Source: Prevotella sp. UBA4330
GTDB lineage: Bacteria; Bacteroidota; Bacteroidia; Bacteroidales; Bacteroidaceae
Direction: 5' to 3'
NCBI GenBank assembly: GCA_002394385.1
Contig: DGTS01000011.1
Coordinates: 60,722 to 124,721 of the forward strand
DNA length: 64,000 bases
Shown one piece after another: positions 49,091-59,257 of this stretch (position 1 is its first letter; the number at the start of each line of letters is the position of its first letter). Under the pieces are notes generated by a model. The model ran no database searches and was not told the origin of the DNA. It saw only the letters and a program-made list of their open reading frames with translations. Made by a program: the position numbers and the translations under genes.

Positions 49091-49738
49091 ATGACAACAA
49101 TCAATATGGAAATAAAAGAATTATATTTACGTCTGTTATTTTTCGCATTGTTATTCCATACCGGAATTAAAGCCAATGCCTATGACATCGCAGTAAAGAA
49201 TGCTGATGGAGTCATTATCTACTATAATTTCATTAATGACGGAACAGAACTAGAAGTATGCAATGGAAATTTTTACTATGGTAATATAGTAATTCCTGAA
49301 GAAGTGACTTACATGAATAGAACGAAAAAAGTAACAAGAATTGGCAATCGTGCGTTTTGGGAATGTACAAGTCTGTATTCAATAACCATACCTAACACGG
49401 TGAAAAGCATTGGATTACGTGCGTTTTGGGAATGCACAAGTCTTTTAGAGGTAACTATTCCCGATTCTGTAACGACCATTGACGAAGGAGCTTTTTCAGG
49501 CTGTACAAGTCTGTCAACCGTTACATTAGGATCATCTATTACGAAACTGGGCAATGGCATTTTCTCTTTTTGTATCAGTCTGTCCTCCGTAACATCAAAA
49601 ATGGAGCATCCGTGTACTGTCTCTTTAGATTGTTTTACACATTACACCTACTACAATGCAACTCTTCATGTTCCAGACGGGTGTTTGTTAAACTACAAAA
49701 ACACGTCCAATTGGAATAAGTTTTTGTACATTGAGTAG
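49091..49738 (+). CDS. BspA-type leucine-rich repeat surface protein (short, 215 aa)
   Basis: Signal peptide, AYDIAVKNADG N-cap, about four 23-aa repeats (IPNTVKSIGLRAFWECTSL), LHVPDG cap. Confidence 0.85.
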   Translation: MTTINMEIKELYLRLLFFALLFHTGIKANAYDIAVKNADGVIIYYNFINDGTELEVCNGNFYYGNIVIPEEVTYMNRTKKVTRIGNRAFWECTSLYSITIPNTVKSIGLRAFWECTSLLEVTIPDSVTTIDEGAFSGCTSLSTVTLGSSITKLGNGIFSFCISLSSVTSKMEHPCTVSLDCFTHYTYYNATLHVPDGCLLNYKNTSNWNKFLYIE

Positions 49739-49814
49739 AAAATGTTTTAAATTGGGATTGAAAACGGGATAACCAAAACAGGTTAAATGTATTACGAAAA
49801 CAACAACATTTTGC

Positions 49815-50918
49815 ATGCTGCAATTTGGTAATTATTCAATAATAGCATTTGTCACAGCATTTATATGCGGTATTGTCACAATACCTATGGTGCTTGACTT
49901 CTGCAAGCGCAAGGGATTATATGATATGCCTGGCAAGAGAAAGGTTCATAAGAATGCGATACCGAGACTCGGCGGCATCGTTTATCTTCCAAGTGTCTTG
50001 TTAGGATGTATTGCCGTTTTTGTATTTGCTAAGTCCACCAATACCACAACCATTTCCCTCAGCCTATGGACTGTATATTTCATAATAGGTGTTTCCATGA
50101 TTTATACTGTCGGGATAATTGACGACATCCTCAACCTTGGAGCCATTACAAAGATGGCAGTCCAAATCATTGCGGCAACCATGCTTCCACTGTCCAATCT
50201 ATGGATTAACAACCTCTACGGACTTTTCGGTATCTACGAAGTTCCTTATTGCATCGGTGCTCCACTGACAATAATTGCGGTGACTTTCATATCTAATGCG
50301 TTAAATCTTATAGATGGCATTGATGGTCTTGCAGCCAGCCTTTCCATCATGATACTGGGGGGATATGCCTTTGCATTCTTTCACTGGGAACTATGGTATT
50401 ATGCCATCATCATCTGTGCCCTAATAGGAGTACTCATGTCATTCTTGTATTACAATATGTTTGGTGGTTATAAGCATAACCGCAAAATATTTATGGGCGA
50501 CACAGGGTCGTTAACCATTGGCTACATAATAGCGTTCTTGTCATTGAAACTGATTATGAAGAACACTTCCGTGCTACAATCGTCAAGTCATGAGATGTTG
50601 CTGGTAATGACACTCAACATTGTGCCTGCTCTTGATGTCATCCGTGTTGCTGCGCTCCGCATTCACAAAGGTTTCTCACCAATGAGAGCCGACAAGAACC
50701 ATATACATCACAAATTATTACGTCTAGGCTTATCTGGGCACAAAACACTGCTGGCAATAATAACAATCTCTGTTGTCTTCATTGTTCTGAATTACATTCT
50801 ATATGAGAGTTTTTCTCTCACTAGCATTCTGATTACCGACATAATATTGTACATTGTTCTACACATCATTATAAACTACTCAAACAAACAGAAAGGAAAC
50901 AACATATACGAATTCTGA
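49815..50918 (+). CDS. MraY/WecA-family undecaprenyl-phosphate N-acetylglucosamine-1-phosphate transferase
   Basis: RKVHKNAIPRLGG, GIIDD, NALNLIDGIDGLA, IFMGDTGS, DKNHIHH. Confidence 0.9.
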   Translation: MLQFGNYSIIAFVTAFICGIVTIPMVLDFCKRKGLYDMPGKRKVHKNAIPRLGGIVYLPSVLLGCIAVFVFAKSTNTTTISLSLWTVYFIIGVSMIYTVGIIDDILNLGAITKMAVQIIAATMLPLSNLWINNLYGLFGIYEVPYCIGAPLTIIAVTFISNALNLIDGIDGLAASLSIMILGGYAFAFFHWELWYYAIIICALIGVLMSFLYYNMFGGYKHNRKIFMGDTGSLTIGYIIAFLSLKLIMKNTSVLQSSSHEMLLVMTLNIVPALDVIRVAALRIHKGFSPMRADKNHIHHKLLRLGLSGHKTLLAIITISVVFIVLNYILYESFSLTSILITDIILYIVLHIIINYSNKQKGNNIYEF

Positions 50919-51110
50919 TATTACTATAGTTTCGCAAAGTCAACTTTTTGGGAGTTCCGAAGTTTTACCTTGCAGGGGCGCGTCCCTACAAACTCCTGTA
51001 CTCCTTTAACTCATGAAAGTTGAATGAAATTACTTATAATGTCGCTATCTTTCTTTTTATGGATGATACAATTCAGAAAAAGGAACAAATACACACCCTT
51101 ATTATTAAAA

Positions 51111-51190
51111 AGTGTTATATTTACACTACATGATGAAAAAAGAGTAGGAAAACACTTGCAGTATTAAAAAAAAGTTGTAACTTTACACCC
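51111..51190. promoter_or_regulatory. Probable AraR (NrtR-type) operator sites upstream of the ara operon
   Basis: Imperfect palindromes AGTGTTATATTTACACT (51111-51127), AGAGTAGGAAAACACT (51141-51156) and TGTAACTTTACAC (51176-51188). The last overlaps the -7 promoter element. Confidence 0.55.
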
Positions 51191-51222
51191 AAAATCTAAA
51201 TTATTACTCAAACAGTTATACA

Positions 51223-52392
51223 ATGAAAAACTTAAAAGTGATTTTGGGAGCAGGAATAGCCTTTGCTATGATCTCCGCTTGCACAAATGTTAACGACGCG
51301 AACCAGCAGACTGCGTCAGGTTTGAATCCAACGGCTTTCGACACCACTATCAACGACAAAGTGGTTAAACTCTACACGCTGAAGAACAACAACGGCATGG
51401 AGGTGTGCATCACCAACTATGGCGGTCGTGTGGTTTCTCTCGTAGTGCCCGACAAGAACGGCAAGGGCACCGATGTCGTTCTCGGTTATGACAACATCAA
51501 GCAGTATGCCGACACTGTCGGCTCGCCCAGCGACTTCGGTTCTTCGGTTGGCCGCTATGCCAACCGCATCAAGGACGGCAAGTTCACCATCGGTGACAGC
51601 ACTTATCAGTTGAAGAAGAACGACGGTCCCAACTCTCTGCACGGCGGCGGCAACACCGGTTGGATGCATCAGGTTTACGATGCAGAGCAGATTGGCGACT
51701 CAGTGCTGAAACTGACACTTGTTGCTCCCGACGGCGAGAACGGCTTCCCTGGCACAGTTACTGCCACAACAACATACACTGTGAAGGCAGACAATACCCT
51801 CGACATCACCTTCGAGGCAACAACAGACAAGGAGACCATCATCAACATGACCAACCACAGTTACTTCGCTCTCGACGGCGACCCATCGCAGAAAGGCGAG
51901 GACATGGTGCTCTATGTGAATGCTGACAACTTTACACCTTCTGACAAACTCTACATCCCGACGGGCGAGATTCGTTCGGTAGAAGGAACTCCAATGGACT
52001 TCCGCGAGCCAAAGGCTCTGAGCACAGGCATCAACAACTTCGACTACGACCAGATTGGCAATGCAACAGGATACGACCACAACTGGTGCCTCAACACATA
52101 CAAGGACGGCAAGGGTGACGACCAGACCGTTTGCGCATCGCTCTATTCTCCAAAGACAGGTATTTTCCTTGAAATGTTCACCAACGAGCCAGGTGTTCAG
52201 GTTTACACCGGCAACTTCCAGGGCACTGGCATAGCATGCAAGCACGGCATCAAGTATCCGAAGCACGTGAGCGTTTGCCTTGAGAGCCAGAAGTTCCCCA
52301 ACTCTCCTAACGTCAAGGAATGGGCAAGCCCAGTTCTCAAGCCAGGCGAGAAGTACTACAGCCACGCTGCTTACAAGTTCTCAGTAAAGTAA
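51223..52392 (+). CDS. Aldose 1-epimerase, lipoprotein (AraM-like arabinose mutarotase)
   Basis: Lipobox ISAC, VGRYANRI, LHGG, NMTNHSYF, GYDHNW, CLESQKFPNSPN. Confidence 0.9.
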   Translation: MKNLKVILGAGIAFAMISACTNVNDANQQTASGLNPTAFDTTINDKVVKLYTLKNNNGMEVCITNYGGRVVSLVVPDKNGKGTDVVLGYDNIKQYADTVGSPSDFGSSVGRYANRIKDGKFTIGDSTYQLKKNDGPNSLHGGGNTGWMHQVYDAEQIGDSVLKLTLVAPDGENGFPGTVTATTTYTVKADNTLDITFEATTDKETIINMTNHSYFALDGDPSQKGEDMVLYVNADNFTPSDKLYIPTGEIRSVEGTPMDFREPKALSTGINNFDYDQIGNATGYDHNWCLNTYKDGKGDDQTVCASLYSPKTGIFLEMFTNEPGVQVYTGNFQGTGIACKHGIKYPKHVSVCLESQKFPNSPNVKEWASPVLKPGEKYYSHAAYKFSVK

Positions 52393-52420
52393 AAAACAGT
52401 CACATAAATAAAGAAACGAT

Positions 52421-54382
52421 ATGAATAGTATTTCAGAAGCAATTGCTTCATCAGGATTTAAAACCATCGACTTTGTCATTCTGGTTGCTTATCTTATCCT
52501 GCTCGTGAGCCTCGGTCTCTTCCTCAGCCGCAATAAGGACGGCAAGGAGAAAAGTGCCAACGACTACTTCCTTGCAGGCAACACTCTGACATGGTGGGCA
52601 GTGGGTGCATCGCTCATCGCCGCCAACATTTCCGCCGAGCAGTTCATCGGCATGTCTGGAACAGGATTCCGCGACGGTATTGCCATCGCAGCCTACGAGG
52701 TTATGGCAGCCATCACGCTTGTCGTAATCGGTAAGTTCCTGCTCCCCGTGATGCTCGACCGTAAGATTTTCACCATCCCGCAGTTCCTCCGCGAGCGTTA
52801 CAACGACGGTGTGGGTCTTGCTTTCTCTATTCTCTGGCTTTTCCTTTATGTCTTCGTCAACCTGACATCTGTGGCATGGCTCGGCGCACTTGCCATCGAG
52901 CAGATACTCGGTTTGCAGGGACTGGCAGTGAGCATCTTTGGCTTTGAGATTTCAATCCGCATGCTCATCATCCTCTTCCTCTTCATCATCGCCGGTGTTT
53001 ACTCTATCTACGGTGGTCTGGCATCAGTTGCATGGACCGACGTTATGCAGGTGACCTTCCTCGTTGGTGGTGGTCTTATCACTGCCTATGTTGCACTGAA
53101 GGAGATGGGAACCATCCTCGGCACCGATGCCTTTGGTGCTCTCGGACAGGTTTACAAGGACATGACGACAGGTGCTCACGCACAGGATGTGCACTTCCAC
53201 CTTGTTATTCAGGAGAGCCACAACCAGAGTGCATTCGCCAACGTTCCTGGTATCGCTGCCGTTGTAGGCGGTGTATGGCTTACCAACTTGGGCTACTGGG
53301 GCTTCAACCAGTACATCATCCAGAAAGGTTTGGCTGCAAAGAATGTTGACGAGGCTAAGAAGGGTCTCATCTTCGCCGGTTTCCTGAAGATATTGATTCC
53401 GTTCATCGTCGTTCTCCCAGGTATCTGCGCATACTACATCATGGAGAATCCTGAGACCTTCGCAAGCATGAATCTTGCTGGTAAGATCAACGTTGCAGAC
53501 GACGCTTACCCATGGCTTATCCGCAACTTCACCCCGACAGGTATCAAGGGATTGAGTTTCGCAGCATTGACAGCAGCCATCATTTCTTCGCTCGCTTCGA
53601 TGTTCAACTCCACCTCTACCCTCTTCACGATGGATATTTACAAGAAGTACATCAACAAGGGCGCAAGCGACAAGCAGTTGGTGAACACCGGCCGTATCGT
53701 TGCTGTCAGCGCACTTGTCATCGCTCTCATCGCCGTTAAGCCATTGCTCGGCGGTCTCGACCAGGCATTCCAGTACATTCAGGAGTATTCAGGATTCATC
53801 TATCCTGGTATCATCACCGTGTTCGGTCTCGGTCTGCTGTGGAAGCGTGCTTCTTCTCTGGCTGCTGTATGGTCTGCAATCATCACCATCCCACTGGGAA
53901 TCCTGTTCAAGGTGCTGCTTCCAGACGTGGCATTCCAGTTCCGTGCCGGCTACATCTTCATCATCCTCGTGTCGTTCTTCATCATCGTGTCGCTCATCGA
54001 CAAGAACTTCATCCACTGCGAGCGTCCTGAGCAGCGCGACCAGAAGCAGATGATGAAGTGGGCAAAGATTCTCGGCTGTGCCGGTGTCGTGATGATTATC
54101 GCTGCCGCTATCGTTACGCTGCTTGGTGCAATGAACCCAGGTGCCGACCCAGACAGCAACATCATTGCTTATCTGAACGACATCGGTTTCCAGGCATTCT
54201 TCTTCTTCGGTGTGCTTGTTGGCTGCAATGCAGTATGGCTTTACAGCAACTCACGCGACACTGTTCGCGACCCGAAGGCACTGCCTATCAACCTGAATTT
54301 GTTCAGCACAACCCGCGGTTACACATGGGGTGCTCTGGGCATCGCAGTTATCACTGCAGCACTTTACATCCTGCTGTGGTAG
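52421..54382 (+). CDS. Sodium:solute symporter (SGLT-like), probable arabinose permease AraP
   Basis: ANDYFLAG, ASLIAANISAEQFIGMSG, WTDVMQ, YWGFNQYIIQK, AAIISSLASMFNSTSTLFTMD. Confidence 0.92.
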   Translation: MNSISEAIASSGFKTIDFVILVAYLILLVSLGLFLSRNKDGKEKSANDYFLAGNTLTWWAVGASLIAANISAEQFIGMSGTGFRDGIAIAAYEVMAAITLVVIGKFLLPVMLDRKIFTIPQFLRERYNDGVGLAFSILWLFLYVFVNLTSVAWLGALAIEQILGLQGLAVSIFGFEISIRMLIILFLFIIAGVYSIYGGLASVAWTDVMQVTFLVGGGLITAYVALKEMGTILGTDAFGALGQVYKDMTTGAHAQDVHFHLVIQESHNQSAFANVPGIAAVVGGVWLTNLGYWGFNQYIIQKGLAAKNVDEAKKGLIFAGFLKILIPFIVVLPGICAYYIMENPETFASMNLAGKINVADDAYPWLIRNFTPTGIKGLSFAALTAAIISSLASMFNSTSTLFTMDIYKKYINKGASDKQLVNTGRIVAVSALVIALIAVKPLLGGLDQAFQYIQEYSGFIYPGIITVFGLGLLWKRASSLAAVWSAIITIPLGILFKVLLPDVAFQFRAGYIFIILVSFFIIVSLIDKNFIHCERPEQRDQKQMMKWAKILGCAGVVMIIAAAIVTLLGAMNPGADPDSNIIAYLNDIGFQAFFFFGVLVGCNAVWLYSNSRDTVRDPKALPINLNLFSTTRGYTWGALGIAVITAALYILLW

Positions 54383-54459
54383 AATATTGAGGTTATGAGG
54401 TTTAGGGTGACACCACCTGTTAAGCCTCATAACCTTAAAACATTTAAACTCATAAACAA

Positions 54460-55137
54460 ATGACTGATTTTTATACTGGACATTCCAAAGCATTTGTATC
54501 TGTTGACGTTATAATCTTCGGATTTGACAACAACAAACTGAAAATACTTCTCGGACATCGCAAGATGGACCCGGGACGTGGAGAATGGGCTCTTTACGGC
54601 GGTTTCGTAAATATCAACGAGAGCGTTGACGAGGCAGCAAGCAGAGTGCTGTACGACCTGACAGGACTGAAAGACCTGTATATGAAACAAGTGCACACCT
54701 TCGGCGCTGTTGACCGCGACCCCGGCGAGCGCGTCATCTCCGTTGCCTATTGCGCCCTGATCAACGTTAACGACTACGACAAAGGCTTGCTCGAAGAGCA
54801 TGAGGTGCAGTGGGTGGAACTGGAGAAACTGCCTCGGCTGTACAGCGACCACAACAAGATGGTGAACAAGGCCATCACCTTGCTGCGCCGCAGGATAAAC
54901 ACCGAGCCGCTCAGTTTCAATCTTCTTCCCGAGTTGTTCACCCTGACACAGTTGCAGCACGTCTATGAAGCCATTCTCGGCGAGGAGATAGACAAGCGCA
55001 ACTTCAGAAAGAAGATTAAGACAATAGACTTCATAGAGAAGACTGACCTCATTGATAAGGAGACTTCAAAGCGAGGCGCGGCACTCTACCGTTTCAACAA
55101 AGAGATGTATCTGGAAGAACCAGTGTTTAAACTTTAA
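54460..55137 (+). CDS. araR: NrtR-family (Nudix + wHTH) regulator, AraR
   Basis: SVDVIIF, degenerate Nudix box, [34 protein letters not shown]. It is embedded in the ara operon. Confidence 0.88.
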   Translation: MTDFYTGHSKAFVSVDVIIFGFDNNKLKILLGHRKMDPGRGEWALYGGFVNINESVDEAASRVLYDLTGLKDLYMKQVHTFGAVDRDPGERVISVAYCALINVNDYDKGLLEEHEVQWVELEKLPRLYSDHNKMVNKAITLLRRRINTEPLSFNLLPELFTLTQLQHVYEAILGEEIDKRNFRKKIKTIDFIEKTDLIDKETSKRGAALYRFNKEMYLEEPVFKL

Positions 55138-55148
55138 ATCAAAACGCT

Positions 55149-55850
55149 ATGTTAGAAGAACTTAAAGAAAAAGTATTCCGTGCGAACCTTGACCTGGTAA
55201 AGCACAATCTGGTGATTTTCACATGGGGCAATGTGTCGGCAATCGACCGTGAGAAAGGCCTCGTGGTAATCAAACCGTCAGGAGTAAGTTACGACACGAT
55301 GAAGGCTGAGGACATGGTAGTGGTTGACCTGCAGACCGGAAAGGTGGTCGAGGGCGACCTTAACCCGTCGTCAGACACTCCCACACACCTTATATTATAT
55401 AGGGAGTTCCCAGAGATTGGCGGCGTGGTGCACACCCACTCCACCTATGCCACAGCATGGGCACAGGCAGGCAAGGACATTCCGAACATCGGAACAACAC
55501 ATGCCGACTATTTCCACGACGAGATTCCATGCACCGACGACATGACAGAGGCAGAGGTGAAGGGCGACTACGAACTGGAGACAGGCAACGTTATCGTAAA
55601 GCGCATCCGCAAGGGCAACATCAATCCCGTTCACACACCTGGTGTGCTGGTGAAGAACCACGGTCCGTTCTCATGGGGAAAAGATGCCGACAATGCCGTT
55701 TATAATGCCGTAGTGATGGAACAGGTGGCAAAGATGGCATTCGTGTCGTTCTCTGTAAATCCTGACACCACGATGAACCCGCTGCTCATCGAGAAGCACT
55801 TCTCGCGCAAGCACGGTCCTAACGCGTATTACGGACAGAAGAAGAAGTAA
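55149..55850 (+). CDS. araD: L-ribulose-5-phosphate 4-epimerase
   Basis: [41 protein letters not shown]. Confidence 0.97.
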   Translation: MLEELKEKVFRANLDLVKHNLVIFTWGNVSAIDREKGLVVIKPSGVSYDTMKAEDMVVVDLQTGKVVEGDLNPSSDTPTHLILYREFPEIGGVVHTHSTYATAWAQAGKDIPNIGTTHADYFHDEIPCTDDMTEAEVKGDYELETGNVIVKRIRKGNINPVHTPGVLVKNHGPFSWGKDADNAVYNAVVMEQVAKMAFVSFSVNPDTTMNPLLIEKHFSRKHGPNAYYGQKKK

Positions 55851-55861
55851 GAGACTCACGA

Positions 55862-55990
55862 CGTTTCAAGACGCCACTCATTGTCTTCGGCTAAGCAATA
55901 TAGCCTATTTTGGTCAGTAATATAGCCTATTTTACTCTGCAATATAGCCTATTTTGGTATGCAAGAGGTATCGAATGGCATGTTGAAACG
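55862..55990. repeat. MITE-like element: 15-bp imperfect inverted ends around three 22-nt direct repeats
   Basis: CGTTTCAAGACGCCA (55862) and TGGCATGTTGAAACG (55976). Units GCAATATAGCCTATTTTGGTCA, GTAATATAGCCTATTTTACTCT and GCAATATAGCCTATTTTGGTAT start at 55895, 55917 and 55939. Confidence 0.75.
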
Positions 55991-56098
55991 GCAGTGAGAA
56001 CAAACTACTAAACGAAAAACAAACAACAGATTAATAACTAAAGACCCATACCCCTGCATGGTCTTCCCGCAAAAGGGAACAAGAGAGGGGAAAAGATT

Positions 56099-57631
56099 AT
56101 GTTTGAAAACTTAGAAATTTGGTGGGTAACTGGCGCACAGTTGCTTTATGGAGGTGATGCAGTAGTAAAGGTAGATGCACACTCTAAGGAAATGGTAGAA
56201 GGCCTTAACAACAGCGGCAACATCCCTGTTAAGGTAGTATATAAGGGAACTGCAAACAGTTCTGACGAGGTAGAGGCAGTGATGAAGGCAGCCAACAACG
56301 ACGAGAAGTGTGTTGGTATCATCACATGGATGCACACCTTCTCGCCAGCAAAGATGTGGATTAAGGGTCTGCAGGCTCTGCAGAAGCCTCTGCTGCACTT
56401 CCACACACAGTATAACGCCGAGATTCCTTGGGAGACAATGGACATGGACTTCATGAACCTGAACCAGAGTGCTCACGGTGACATCGAGTTCGGTCACATC
56501 TGCTCTCGCATGCGTGTTCCACGCAAGGTGGTTTGCGGTTACTGGAAGAGCGAAGAGGCTCAGAAGAAGATTGCTGTTTGGGCTCGCGTTGCTGCCGGTG
56601 TTGCCGACGCAAGAAAGGTGCGCTGCCTTATGTTCGGTATGAACATGAACAACGTTGCCGTTACCGATGGCGACCGTGTTGAGTTCGAGCAGCGACTGGG
56701 CTATCATGTTGACTACTACCCAGTTAGTTCGCTGATGGAATACTTCAAGAAGGTTACCGATGCAGAAGTTGAGGAACTTGTTGAAGAATACAAGAAATCA
56801 TACACCATCAAGATTGACGAGAGTGGCGAGGAAGTTTATTGGGAGAAGGTGCGCAACTCTGCAAAGGCAGAGATTGCACTGCGCCGCGTGCTGAAGGACG
56901 AGGGTGCAACAGCATTCACTACCAACTTCGACGACCTCGGCGATGCCGACATCAACGACCCGAACTTCGTTGGTTTCGACCAGATTCCAGGTCTCGCATC
57001 ACAGCGTCTGATGGCCGAGGGTATTGGTTTCGGTGCCGAAGGCGACTGGAAGACCGCTTGTCTCTACCGTTCGCTTTGGGTTATCCAGCAGGGCATGCCA
57101 ACAGGATGTTCATTCCTTGAGGACTACACGCTGAACTTTGCCGGCGACCGCTCGTCTTGCCTGCAGAGCCACATGCTCGAGGTTTGCCCGCTCATCGCTG
57201 TTGACAAACCGACACTGGAAGTACACTTCCTCGGCATTGGTATCCGCAAGCAGCAGACAGCACGCCTCGTGTTCACGTCTAAGACAGGCCGCGGCATCAA
57301 GGCTACTGTTGTTGACCTTGGCAACCGATTCCGCCTCATCTCGCAGGAGGTAGAGTGCATCGAGCCAAAGCCAATGCCAAACCTCCCTGTTGCTTCTGCT
57401 CTCTGGGTTCCACAACCCACATTCGAGATTGGCGCAGGCGCATGGATTCTCGCTGGCGGTACACACCACAGCGCATTCTCTTACGACATCACCGAGGAGT
57501 ATTGGGAAGACTTTGCCGAGATGCTGGGCATCGAGTATGTCAAGATTAACAAGGACACCAAGACCTACGAGTTCAAGCAGCAACTCCGCAACAACGAGAT
57601 TTACTTCATGCTCAACAAGGCTTTAAAGTAA
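56099..57631 (+). CDS. araA: L-arabinose isomerase
   Basis: WMHTFSPAKMW, MNLNQSAHGDIEFG, GFGAEGDWK, SFLEDY, HMLEVCP, GGTHH. Confidence 0.97.
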   Translation: MFENLEIWWVTGAQLLYGGDAVVKVDAHSKEMVEGLNNSGNIPVKVVYKGTANSSDEVEAVMKAANNDEKCVGIITWMHTFSPAKMWIKGLQALQKPLLHFHTQYNAEIPWETMDMDFMNLNQSAHGDIEFGHICSRMRVPRKVVCGYWKSEEAQKKIAVWARVAAGVADARKVRCLMFGMNMNNVAVTDGDRVEFEQRLGYHVDYYPVSSLMEYFKKVTDAEVEELVEEYKKSYTIKIDESGEEVYWEKVRNSAKAEIALRRVLKDEGATAFTTNFDDLGDADINDPNFVGFDQIPGLASQRLMAEGIGFGAEGDWKTACLYRSLWVIQQGMPTGCSFLEDYTLNFAGDRSSCLQSHMLEVCPLIAVDKPTLEVHFLGIGIRKQQTARLVFTSKTGRGIKATVVDLGNRFRLISQEVECIEPKPMPNLPVASALWVPQPTFEIGAGAWILAGGTHHSAFSYDITEEYWEDFAEMLGIEYVKINKDTKTYEFKQQLRNNEIYFMLNKALK

Positions 57632-57638
57632 GACTATT

Positions 57639-59231
57639 ATGACAGCAAGAGAAACCATACAACAGGGTAAAGCCATTCTCGGTATCGAGTTTGGCTCTAC
57701 CCGCATTAAGGCTGTCCTCATTGACGAGGAGAACAACCCTATAGCACAGGGCAGCCATACATGGGAGAACCAACTCGTTGACGGTCTGTGGACATATAGC
57801 ACTGAGGCCATCTGGTACGGTCTTCAGGACTGTTATGCCGACCTGCGCAAGAATGTTATGAAGGAGTATGACACCGAGATTGAAATACTCCGCAGCATCG
57901 GCGTCAGCGCCATGATGCACGGCTACATGGCTTTCAACGACAAGAACGAGATTCTGGTGCCGTTCCGCACATGGCGTAACACCAACACGGGCAAGGCCGC
58001 CAAGGCATTGTCAGAGTTGTTCGTCTATAACATACCTCTCCGCTGGAGCATCTCTCACCTCTATGAGGCAATTCTCGACAACGAGGAGCATGTTAAGGAC
58101 ATCAAGTTCCAGACAACTCTCGCAGGATATATCCACTGGCAACTTACAGGTCAGAAGGTGCTCGGCATCGGCGACGCTTCTGGTATGATTCCTGTTGATC
58201 CAGACACCAAGACATATAATGCCACGATGGTTGAGAAGTTCAACAAACTCATCGAGCCAAAGGGATTCGGATGGACACTGCTCGACATCTTCCCGAAGGT
58301 GCTCGTGGCTGGCGAGAACGCAGGATTCCTTACTCCAGAGGGTGCTAAGAAACTCGACATATCTGGTCATCTGAAGGCCGGCATACCACTTTGTCCTCCT
58401 GAGGGCGACGCTGGCACCGGCATGGCAGCAACCAACGCCGTAAAGCAGCGCACTGGTAACGTAAGTGCGGGAACATCGTCATTCTCGATGATTGTGCTGG
58501 AGAAAGACCTCTCTAAGCCATACGAGCCGATTGACATCGTCACCACTCCCGACGGCAGTCTCGTGGCAATGGTTCATTGCAACAACTGTACATCAGACAT
58601 CAATGCATGGGTGGGACTGTTCAAGGAGTATCAGGAACTGCTCGGCGTTCCCGTTGACATGAACGAACTTTACGGAAAACTCTTCAACAAGGCTCTCGAA
58701 GGAAATGCCGACTGCGGCGGACTCATGGCTTACAACTATGTTTCCGGCGAGCCTGTGACAGGACTTTCAGACGGTCGCCCACTCTTCGTGCGCTCGGCTA
58801 ACGACAAGTTCAACCTTGCCAACTTCATGCGCGCACAACTCTACGGAGCAATAGGTGTGCTGAAGATAGGCAACGACATCCTGCTGAAAGAGGAGAATGT
58901 AAAGGTTGACCGCATCACAGGTCACGGAGGTTACTTCAAGACCAAGGGTGTTGGTCAGCGCATGCTTGCTGCCGCCCTCAACTCTCCCATCTCTGTGATG
59001 GAGACCGCTGGCGAAGGCGGTGCATGGGGTATAGCACTGCTTGCTTCTTATCTTGTCAACAAAGAGGCAGGACAGACACTTGCCGACTTCCTCGACAAGA
59101 AAGTGTTTGCTGGCGAGGCTGGTGTCGAGATTGAACCAACTGCAGAAGAAGTGGCTGGCTTCAATGCTTACATCGAGAACTATAAGGCAGGACTTGCTAT
59201 CGAGAAATGCGCTGTAGAGAATAAGAAGTAA
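57639..59231 (+). CDS. araB: FGGY-family carbohydrate kinase, L-ribulokinase
   Basis: LGIEFGSTRIKA, SAMMHGY, PFRTWRN, GNVSAGTS, GHGGYFKT, EGGAWG. It follows araA. Confidence 0.9.
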   Translation: MTARETIQQGKAILGIEFGSTRIKAVLIDEENNPIAQGSHTWENQLVDGLWTYSTEAIWYGLQDCYADLRKNVMKEYDTEIEILRSIGVSAMMHGYMAFNDKNEILVPFRTWRNTNTGKAAKALSELFVYNIPLRWSISHLYEAILDNEEHVKDIKFQTTLAGYIHWQLTGQKVLGIGDASGMIPVDPDTKTYNATMVEKFNKLIEPKGFGWTLLDIFPKVLVAGENAGFLTPEGAKKLDISGHLKAGIPLCPPEGDAGTGMAATNAVKQRTGNVSAGTSSFSMIVLEKDLSKPYEPIDIVTTPDGSLVAMVHCNNCTSDINAWVGLFKEYQELLGVPVDMNELYGKLFNKALEGNADCGGLMAYNYVSGEPVTGLSDGRPLFVRSANDKFNLANFMRAQLYGAIGVLKIGNDILLKEENVKVDRITGHGGYFKTKGVGQRMLAAALNSPISVMETAGEGGAWGIALLASYLVNKEAGQTLADFLDKKVFAGEAGVEIEPTAEEVAGFNAYIENYKAGLAIEKCAVENKK

Positions 59232-59257
59232 CATTATTTTTAATACCTTAATAGTAT

